A stretch of DNA of 64,000 nt. Origin: Pavona decussata (lineage: Eukaryota). The notes beneath the pieces are model-generated. The model did not search any database. It had not been told where the DNA came from and saw only the letters and a program-made list of their open reading frames with translations. Made by a program: the position numbers and the translations under genes. Shown one piece after another: positions 50,984-61,429 of the stretch. The DNA lies in contig CDRNST010000122.1 of assembly GCA_977016875.1 (NCBI GenBank), forward strand, positions 3,472,001 to 3,536,000, in the 5' to 3' direction. Position 1 is the first letter of the stretch. Every line of letters begins with the position of its first letter.

Positions 50984-53232
50984 TTGGTCTCAGTTTATGA
51001 TGTAAGTGAGTTATATTCTACGTACTCATTTATCAATTTCAATATTTGAATGTGAGCCGAGATACTTTTCTGAAGAACAAAGACGAACAAAAGATAAATT
51101 GTAAGATTTTCGATTCGCGTGTCATATTACCTGTTGATCATAAGAATGTATTCTAATCGAGAAAGCAAAATATCACAAATAAATAACAACAGTCATCTGA
51201 TATAAATTTTATTTTGGAATCGAAGGCCTCCGCAACAACAATGTTGCATTCGTTTAGCCACCGTGTTTAACACTGCCGAACGCGCGCATGCAGACTAAGC
51301 TGATTTTGTGGGTATTTGAATTAGTTGTTTAGCGCTTTGCCGCGTGTGCCAAAAACTGTAAGACAGGCAAAATCGAGAAGATGGTCTGAAGCAAAGGTTG
51401 ATCAGTCTCGCTCATTTTTTGTGAAAACCAATTTGGCGCGGGTTTGTTTTCTAAGGATTCTGGGTAGAATTTGGTCCCAGACCCTGGAGTCCAAGTGTTG
51501 CATCAAACATGTTGCATTCGTTTGGCCACCTCGTTCAACACTTTTCTATATCGTCCAACAATGTTGAATGGTGTTGCAAGTGTTTTTCTGGGCCTTGACT
51601 GTGCATTTATAACAGTTACTATATGCTGTGAAGTTATTGTGGCGCACACCAACGCTACATTGTCTGCGTTATTTCCTTCCGCAAGAGTGGTCGATACATG
51701 CCGTGGCTTGACATTGTGACAAGAATTTTTTGTGTGATTAAAGATGCACAAAAATGTTCTAAACTTGGTTTGATCTCTTATTGTAGTTACATGGCTCAGT
51801 AATTACAATAGGAAGGGGAGATGAGTTGAAGAGTATTTGCGTAAAATACACATGAGAGGAATATTTCTGTGTACAACGGCAAGGACAACAAAGTCAGAAT
51901 TTTACTAAATGTTTGGCGCGCACATTACCAACATTTGCCTCCATTCCATAGGAAACATTACCCAGAAATTACTCCAACAGGTACCTATTTCTAGGGCCAT
52001 ACCCACCACAAAATATTTACTTCTAATCCTGCTCTGTAGAGAGTGGATGGGCGGTCAGGCGAATAAAAGAAGTCAAGAAATAAAGTAAAACAAAGCGCGT
52101 GGGCCTTTCTCGCCACGGAATTTTGCAGTGACGCAGTTGCTTCAATGTCAGTCATCACACAAAGCGGACAACAAACTTCCTTCCCCCCCCCCCCCCCCGT
52201 CACCACTGGGACGGGGATACTTCTATTAGTAGGCTCATGGGATTATGCTGCTCTTTGGTTCGCATTTTCACGACAGGATTGACTATAATGGGTCGCATTT
52301 TCAACATAGTTGTTAGAATGGTAGTAACCAGCCCTAGTGTCTATCTCAAATTGACATTAGGGGGCATTCATAGCTCATTTAACTGCGCCACAAGTAGTCT
52401 TGTTGTAAATTGACCCTGAAAATCCCTGAGGAGAGTAGACAATAAGATATTTGATATTTGAATGCTGTCACAAATTTTCAACCTCAATGAAAATTGAAAG
52501 GACTTGAAACAGCTTGAATGAGTGAAATGCGTAAAACTCGTCTCCGTCTTGGAAATGACTGCTAGTTAAAAGGAATAGACGTGTAAATACAAAATTATCG
52601 AGTTGGGATTGTGTCATTTACATTCGCAAAATAGTGGAGAACATGGAGTCTATGGGATTGCTAGCGGCACATACGCAGCAAAAGCTGACTCGTGTACCTC
52701 CATCCCAGGATAAAAACAGGGAAATATTCGAGATACGGAAGCGACTGTGGACTTGGAGTCTTCAGAGCGAGCTTCTGTTGAGTATCATTAAACATACAGT
52801 TCTCTATGGCCGAATCGAAAATCAGACAGAAAAAATCCCGCGAAACAGAATTCAAAGCAAGTACATGTACCAGGAACCAAGAGCGCGGGGAAAATGCGAA
52901 AGACAAAAACAATAGGTTCCGGTTTCACATTTTAATTGGTTGACAAAGTGGCGCCAGTTCTTTAAACCAATACGGAGTCTAAAATCAAAACATACGACCG
53001 ATGCAAACATTTCCATCGCGTGTCACTGTTGCCGAGAGACGGTAAAGCGCGACTCTCAAACCGTATTCTAGAGGCTTTATAACTTTGAGTTTTATTCTGC
53101 GTCATCAGTTTTCCCTAAGTAAGCTGAAACCATTTCCTTGCTCAAATTTTGGAGCATTGAATAAACCTCTCCCTAAAATCTCGGGTATATCACCCTTGAA
53201 AACAAAAAGAAAAACAAAGTTTAGCAACTTAC

Positions 53233-53702
53233 ACGCCAGTATTGCAGCTTTGCGTCTCGCTTCGCTTCCTCGGGCATGCCGTTCCGCCGCAGCTAGGATT
53301 TCGCTGAATTCTCACCGTTCGTGTTTGCGTTGACGTCCCGCATGATCCCGAACATGAACCCCAGGCACTCCACGTCCACACGCAATTAACGCGACAGCAG
53401 TGCGTGTTACACGACGCGTACCGCATTCTTGATGGACTGTTAGACGATGGACAGCCTCTACCACCGCAGCTGGGGTAGCTTTTGATTGATTTTCGTTGAA
53501 GAATTCTTCCCCCTCCACAGGGTCGCGAACAACTTCCTACGTTGTACCAATCGCTGAGGATACAATTACGAACAGGGCACCTTCTTCTGCGCCTTCGGCG
53601 CCAAGCCCTCGAATCCATAGGACCAAACAGGACAATCAAACAAGCAAAAAGAACGAGAAAAACCCAAAAATGTTTCTTCATTGCGACGAGAGTGCAGCGC
53701 AT
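53233..53702 (-). CDS. Variable first exon V3 (intact): signal peptide, W-polyR, 2x TSP1
   Basis: ORF 53229-53702 (alternative ATG at 53681); 470 nt; ends CNTG-GT|GTAAGT. Confidence 0.85.
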
Positions 53703-56700
53703 AATAGTAAAAGATCAGCTTACCACTAAAATCTTGATGGATTTTTTAAATTTGATCCCGTCCTAAAGTGACGTTATTTGGCATGCAAGCCTCAACGTAT
53801 TGGGAAACAAAGCTAACAGCTGATGGACGTGGAAATGTTTTGTTTTTACCATGGAAAGAGAAAGGAATAAAATATGACGAAAATACACTACACGTGTTAA
53901 TCGCGTGTGTTTTTCACAGCAGATACGTATACGACTACACAGAAATCAGTTACACTTGGCTCGAGTCAATTTTAAAGTCGTTTGTCAGAATAGAATGTGA
54001 CGAAGGTCTTATCGGGCGCTTTGCAAGACTAAAATACCCTACGGCCTTTCATCTCCAGATTATAAATTTGAGGCATTTAGGATTTCGAAAGAGGTCACGT
54101 ACTATTGCAATAAAAACATTTGATAACCCTTGAGTTACAATGTAAGCTTTTCAGTCAAGCATAGAAAAAGAACTGCCATTCCTATCACCCCTGATGAATT
54201 TCATGTAAATTTCTAAGTCAAGCATATATAAAGAAATGCCATTCCACCGTAAGAGGTTATAACTCAAAACTTAGAGCCCCGTTGTGCAGTCTACAGATTA
54301 ATTAACACGAACCGATTTATTGGCGTGACTATGAGTAGACTCAATCTCATGGGCAAATTTATACCTTACAAATTGGTGCCCGATTTCTTTACCTGTTGGT
54401 GTGGCGCGGGGTACGTGACAATCGGCCTGATTCAAAAAATCTGTCGTTTTAGAAATCGGGCCGATCTTCGTCCGCTCACATATCGGGCCAAATCGGCCGA
54501 TTAATCGAACTACGTGTAAGTTGCTTCCGCTTGAATTTCGCCACCTCTTTCTCCACAAAATCAAAAGTTAGAAATCACTTTGTACAACATTTAAACAGCA
54601 CTGAAGCAACATGCTGCCTAGTAACTTTGATAAGAAGAATTCCAGCCACGGCCTCACTACTGGAGCCATGTTATACCCGACTTAAGTATTCCCTTTAAAC
54701 CTGATCACCGATTTTAAAATATGCTTACCTAAGTGGATATGTTAAAACACGCCGGCGTGAATTCTGCGGTTTCCCAAGTTTAAGTTTTGTTAAAAAACAA
54801 TACCTAGAATACATTAGGAGGGGTTACTGAATTTGACCTTTGTTTATCTTCCGTAAACGTTTTGTAGACAATTGTTGTATTAGAGGGGGTAGGTCACGCC
54901 ATTAAACAATTTTTTTTTCAAATATTATAGAAATCAGCTTCAAGTGGAACAATGTTTAATTAAAAATATCCTCTATAATTTATTCACCAAAACATCGCGT
55001 ACATTTCTTTCAATATGCAATATGCCACTCATTGACATTCACATCTGATCCTCTGACCCATGCTGGGACTAGATTTTCTTTTTCCGAGTATACCTGTGTC
55101 GCTGACTAAAAAGATACCTCTATTATTTATTCACCAGGCTTAACATCGTATTTGATTTTTTTTCTTGTTGTAGCGAACCCCTGGCACTTAAACTCTCTTT
55201 AGTCACTTATGTGAATTCTCGACCTTCTAGCGCTCTTTCCTTTACGGCTCTTTAAAATTGTAAAGCGAAATGAACCAATCAATGTTTTCTTTACAAACAC
55301 TCGCTTACTTTGATTGCTAATTTGAGTGATGTCTTACTAGCTTACCTATAAACATCTTGAAACATTCCGGGGCTCATTAACGATCAGAAGTGTCACAAGT
55401 TCAGCTAAACGCACACATATTTTTTTCTACAAGGCTTGCCGACAGTAAATGAAGGCCTTAAGTGTCATTAGTTGCACTAGGCATTTGCGCATGTTGATGA
55501 AGAATAATTTCTACAAACTGTCGGCGTTGTATTGAAGGGTTATCTAATATTCTACGAGAGCGTAGTTACATGTCTCAATAAAATCAGATAAAGGAGTTTT
55601 CTCGATGGCCTGTAATGAGAGCCGGTCATGCGGTTTGAATTTGTTTGCAGTCTTTCTTTGCAGTGCAGAAGTTGCTAAATCAATGCAGGGAACATTCACT
55701 CAGTGGACTCCCGTGAAGGGCAAAAGCTCACTTCCTGCTCCCCTCGAAACCTACAGTAAAGATTTGTAATTCCTTCCTAGCCCGCACAGACGCTGCTCTT
55801 GAACTAGTAAACCGGTATCAGCTTTCTGACGCAATTTGTACCAGGCACAATTGTAAACAAACCATCCAAGCTATATATAGGATTTAAATAGAGCTGTTTT
55901 CATTTGCCTTTTAGTTCCTTTTGGCACGTGTGCATCGATGTGCGAGGAACTTTGTCAAACCGAAACTTGGCAGAATATTAAGACTCCATTGAAATCGTGG
56001 CCCCTCATTACGTTGTATAGCGTAAGGGAGCACACCTCCCTTCTTCCCTCATCCCTCAAACAGTGACCTGGCAGGAAGGTTTAGGCGATCACCGTCAACT
56101 TTATCCTCGAGCAAAAACTTTGCAATCGTGCAAACAATATTGCCCAACACACCTGTGCACAGGCTTTGTAGACTTCGTAATTTTGTGGTTTAGGGTGATC
56201 CGAACTGTGCCACGGGCCACTCTGAGTGGCCCGTACGCCATCTTGTCGGCCCACCGAACTAACAAGCAATCTGATTGGATGTTGCTTGAATCTTAGCCAA
56301 TAGGCGTTGCTGTTTTATTGTATTGCCTATGGGGTTTCGTCAGCGTTCGTTGAGGTCGTTGTGTGACCGAGCTCTTCCGAGTTTGAGCGTCTTGTGTTCG
56401 AAGAAAAAACAAAATATGGCCGCCATCTTGATTTTGAACATTTCGTGCTTGTTTTTTTAGTTACTTCTGCGGAATTTGAAACATATAACCAAGCAAATAG
56501 AATGATAATTGCCTACTTCTTCTTCGTATGGAAATGGATGTCCTTGGAGTCTGCATTTGTGAATGATTTTTTTCAATAAACTACAACGCGTAATATTTTT
56601 ACATGCTCGTGAAGACGCATGGAAGGAATGAAAAGCTTCAAAGAAGTTTGATTTATATCTGAACGTTTCACTCAATTTTCAACATGCATGATAGATGAAG

Positions 56701-57494
56701 ACAAAGTTTGAAGGTACAGTGACGAATTTAGTTGACGTGTATTTTTGCAATCGGCGTATAAAAGTTAATCTTCATTTCATTTGGCAATGCGGGACCACCC
56801 CCGTGAAATTCGATGGCACTTGTAGGGTTAAGAACTTTATCCATACATAAATTATTTCAGAAAATAATGTTGAAGTGAGTCAACAGAGAGTACACGTTCC
56901 AGTCGATGATAAGAAAACTACATTGTTTATGTTACCGCACGCATGGAGTATGTATTCTAACATTCTGGGATCAACTAGACCGTGATACTATCACCGTCCT
57001 CATGTCCTCAGTAAACCGAATAGTTAATAGTCTTTCAAAGAACACGCGTCTCGCAAAATTTTATTCAAATATCAAGCGGCAGAAATTGCATTATTTCTAT
57101 CGGAAAAAAAGAAGAATTCCGTCCATTGCCAAAGAAAGATTCTGAAAGACTGTAACCTTAAACTACACTTGTATAACCTTATTAAAACCCTTCAGTTTGA
57201 CATAAAAGCACCCAAACTATTCAGGTAACTCTCACATAGATCATCGCAAACAACCTCTATCAACAAACCAACACGAAACACGTTCCTCCGTGGATAAAAT
57301 TCGTTTCACAAAGACATTGTGTTCAAGTGGCGCTTCTTTTCTGTAATATTGCTCTGTGATCGGCTCGGAACGTTTAATGTTTGTCACATTCAAAAAATTA
57401 AATATCACATCCACTTACATGTTAAACAGTAACATTAAGATTTCACCACAAAACGTTAATATCAAACAAGCCGACAAACTCAAATGATACTCAC

Positions 57495-57913
57495 ACGTTT
57501 GTGTTACAAGCCTTGGTCTGTTTTGCAGGGAAGGCTTTTCCGCCACACGAACTGTGCCTTTGGATAACTGGCGTCCGAGAATGGCTTGACATCCCACACC
57601 CCAAGCACTTGCTCCAAGGACTCCATGAATATACACAGTTCACAGGGCAGCAGTCTGTATTTCATCTTCTCGCTTCTCTTAGGTGATAAGCACATCCCCC
57701 TCCACAAGATTCCGTTACAGTTTTTCGCCGCGCACGAGTGGTCAGTCCTCCTCCGTAAGGTCGCGTACACGAGCTCCAACCAGTCCAACTGCTTACTGTA
57801 CAATGCGTGGCGGAACAACGTCTGCGCCTCCTCCGACGACGCCAGGCGTTTGAAGGCGTAAAAACGACAGTGAATATCCCAAGCGCTAAGATTACAGTAG
57901 TGCATCTCACCAT
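57495..57913 (-). pseudogene. Variable first exon V4: in-frame TGA at a conserved Cys plus two other Cys losses
   Basis: AGA TGA AAT at 57662-57664 where V5 has AGA TGT AAT; RPYGGG and KAFPAK versus RSCGGG and RACPAK; frame continues to CNTN-GT|GTGAGT. Confidence 0.8.
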
Positions 57914-58972
57914 TATTGGAAAGCAGCGTTAAAATTTGCTTTAAACGGGTGTTGTTTTTGTCTTTTCTCGAGCTTTAAAGTAGCCTTTACCGCTGGTGTT
58001 AGATACGACGTAGTCAGTGATCATGAGTGAAATTTTCCCGCGTTGTTAAATGAGTGACCTTAATTTTTTATTTCCTGTGGCAGGGGCGGGGCTCGGTTCT
58101 GGTCTAAATCGGATTGAGGACGGTGAAAACTCACAAGTCATGACAAAAGAGAACCCTTAGCCCGTACATGGTACAGCATTTTACCAAACAATGCGGAAAA
58201 ACGTTCTCACGGTTTTAAATACAGTGTTCTTAACTTACCATTATGGTACAGTATTTCAGTACATGACGAGGAAGTGACTCAATGGATAATTAAGTACACG
58301 TTCTAATGGATGATAAAAACTACGCAATATGTGTTGCTATATGAGGTTAATGAGGTTTAGGGCTAAATTGGACGATACGTAAACATTTATTAGACCCTGA
58401 AACTTATCACGTTTCAAACTAAATGGACAAACTACAGACTTCCTTACCAATCCTCAGCCTGGGCACGTTTTTGAGACGTTCTTAAAACGTTTTGGCCAAT
58501 TCATCCTCGACATTCGCAAAATAAAGAAAGAGTGTAAAGACCATTTCATTCGCGGTAAAATCTACCCTTTACAAACAGGATACAAATTACCATGTTTGTG
58601 TGAGAAGAAACTAAATTCGATGCCAAAGAATGACAATGAAAGAGCGTAACGGTAAACTGCAGCTAGCTGCAGCTGCGTAATTTAAATCTTCTGACGGATT
58701 TCAAGGACCTGCTTTCACTGCACCCAAATCAAACTCGTACCAACAGACCGACACGAAACATTCTACGCCATTGCGTGGATATAATTCATTACACAAAGAC
58801 ATAGTAAAAGCTCAACTTGCGCGCATTTTCTGTGGCAAATGCTGTTTAATCGGCTCGGAACTTTTAATACTTGTCCATATTTATAAAATACTTATTATTA
58901 TAATCACCTGATAGCACGATTTCAATACAGAACACTTAAGACAAAATCTGAACAAACTCAAATGATACTCAC

Positions 58973-59385
58973 ACGCCAGTGTTACAAGCCTTGGTCTGCT
59001 TGGCAGGGCAGGCTCTGCCGCCACAGGAACTGCTTCTATAGATAACTGGCGTCCGAGAATGGCTTGACATCCCACATCCCGAGCACTTGCTCCAAGGACG
59101 CCATGAATATACACAATTCACAGGACAGCAGTTTGTATTACATCTTCTCGATTCTCGTAGATGATACGCACATCCTCCCCCACAAGACTCCCTTCTAGTT
59201 TTCCACCGCGTACGAGCAGTCAGTCCTCCGCCGCACGATCGACTACACCGGCTCCACATACTCCAACTGCTAACTCTACAATACACGGGGTAACAACTAC
59301 GACGACGGCGGCGCCAGGCGCTGGAAGGCGTCAAGACGACGAATACCATTGCAAGCGCTAAAATGATAGCAGCGCATCTCACCAT
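58973..59385 (-). CDS. Variable first exon V5 (intact): signal peptide, W-polyR, 2x TSP1
   Basis: ORF 58969-59385; 413 nt; ends CNTG-GT|GTGAGT. Confidence 0.85.
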
Positions 59386-60449
59386 TATTGGAAAGTGGCT
59401 TTAAAATCCGATTCAAATGTGTCTTTTTTGCTCTTTTTCGACAATTCAACGAACTTCTTTCGTCGCCAAGGCTGCTGGTGTTGTGGTATGTACGCCGTTA
59501 AATATCGCAGATCTATCGTACGTCTAACCAGAGGTGTTGCATCCAGGAAGTGCAGTGTACATCAGTAAGAGCTCAAATGGTTACTAAAAATCGTGCAGGA
59601 CTTTTTAAACTTGATCCTACGTTAAGCGAGCTAGCATGCCCGGACGTATCAGTGTACAGCTTAACCCGGGTCAAAATACTGTGGCTTTTTTTATGAAATG
59701 AAGCAGGGACAGACAACGGTAACATTTCATTGAGTTTCCAGATCGTTTTATATTCTTTGAAAAGCTTATCGATTTACTCTAAGCGAACACAGTTTCAAAC
59801 TTAAACAAACAAAAATTAATCTCATTCCTCGAATTTACGAGCGTAGCCGCTGTTGTTTTTCGAAAGTGCCAGTTGACCTTTCTTCGTTCTTGAAACGACA
59901 TATTTTTGTTCCGAAAACAAAAGGAATTAGTTTTCCAATATTATGCATTTTTGAGGTGACGTTTCGCCACGGGAAACCATCGTTTCTCTTCAAAACTAAA
60001 TCCGAATTTCTGAAGCGATTGAGACATTCCGAACAGAGATTCAACGTCAATTGAAATGATTGAAGTCGCCAGGTTCGTCTCAGCCGATCACGTGGATTGC
60101 GTCGAAAGAATAAAACCTAATTAACCGAATTAAGGTTACACTAAACTTTATTGGCTCGTGTGTATTACCAGATTTCATCTGCGCGATCATCTACGCAGAA
60201 ATCAGTTGTACTTCGATAGATTTGCTTTAAAATTTTGTTTTTAGGGTACAATGTGGCAAAAGACAAGGCCATAATCCCCCAAGGCCTTTGATCTTCATGT
60301 TAAGAATTTCACGGATTTAAAATTTTAAGCTTACAACATAGCTCAGGTAATATTCCAACGAAAATATTAGTCAACATTGAACCATCACGCCACTGAGTTA
60401 CATGAATCTCCTCATTTAATTATGTTTTTCTCTTAGAAAACGTTTTATT

Positions 60450-60720
60450 ATCACTAAAGTTAACAGCAACACTCATTAACAAATCCTTATCGTATATAGA
60501 ACTGGCGTGTCCACCCCTACTCGTATTTGCCTCGAAAGGCAAATACAATGATCTTGTACAGCATAAGAAAACAGTAACCCCAAAAGCTTTCATTTCAATT
60601 GCCACACTGTGGAACAATCTCCCTGGTAGAGTACGCAATGCAGCCAATGTGTCAGAGTTTAAACGCGGCCTCGCGAAAACTAACTTTAACGTGAGTGGCT
60701 TTGTAGGCAGCTACAATGTT
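60450..60720 (+). mobile_element. LINE ORF2 3' fragment
   Basis: Translates FISIATLWNNLPGRVRNAANVSEFKRGL. Confidence 0.55.
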
Positions 60721-61429
60721 TGGGAAAGATCTTAAATGTAAAACTCCGTGGTTACAGGAAGCCAATTTTACCCGAGAAAATGTATAATAAATTTACCTGA
60801 GGAAAGCGGTTTTGTAGCTTGGCCAAATTTCCAAGGTTACGTCAAGAATGACAATAGAAATTTATTTTGACAGAGCCCTAGATGGATAGTAGGGTCGATC
60901 AGTTTCCCCAGATGAACCAACCGATGAAATATCGTGTTTAGACAGCAATTTGACAGCTTTATCGCTGGTTGCTGATTTTATGATGTTTTCATTATGCAAT
61001 TGATGGGTTAAGCGAAGATCGAAATCACAAACAAAGCTTCTTGGTTAGATATTATACCCTTACAAACACAACAATTCTGTCGCATAGCAAACTTGTACAT
61101 ATACATGTTCTTACCTTCATTAGAAATTCTGTGCGAGAGTAAAGTGAGGACAGCGAACCGCTGAATTATGGACAATTGTTTCAGCAAACGAGGTGGGAAA
61201 ATGATTTTATGATATCATGCTGTGCGAGAGAGGCAAATGCAACAAGAATAAATACGAGCAAGAAAAGCAGAAACATCGCTTTGCTAACGCTCCGACTATG
61301 TAAGAATTCAGCGCGGAAAAAAGCTCCAATGGGAAGCCTGCCGGTAAATGGAAATCGTGGGTAAATTTACTGCGGACAGATTTTTTTTTTGTAGAAATAT
61401 AGGTATTTTTAATTAGGATGTAGTATTAA

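Larger units (their letters stand above)
36225..51345 (+). repeat. Head-to-tail segmental duplication: unit 1 ~36225-46870, unit 2 ~46874-51345
   Basis: Collinear matches 36225-38010/46874-48330, 39190-39305/48348-48492, 41427-43856/48800-51234 and 46702-46815/51235-51345. Confidence 0.9.
57270..59440 (+). repeat. Tandem duplication generating V4 and V5 (~57270-57970 versus ~58750-59440)
   Basis: Shared intron flank (ACACGAAACA...CAAAGACAT, ATCGGCTCGGAAC, CAAACTCAAATGATACTCAC) and shared 5' flank CACCATTATTGGAAAG. Confidence 0.85.

Noticed and set aside
57662-57664. TGA at a Cys position in V4 as selenocysteine
   Set aside because: Two other conserved Cys are also mutated, TSP1 cysteines are structural disulfides, and no SECIS was identified. 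A nonsense mutation is simpler.
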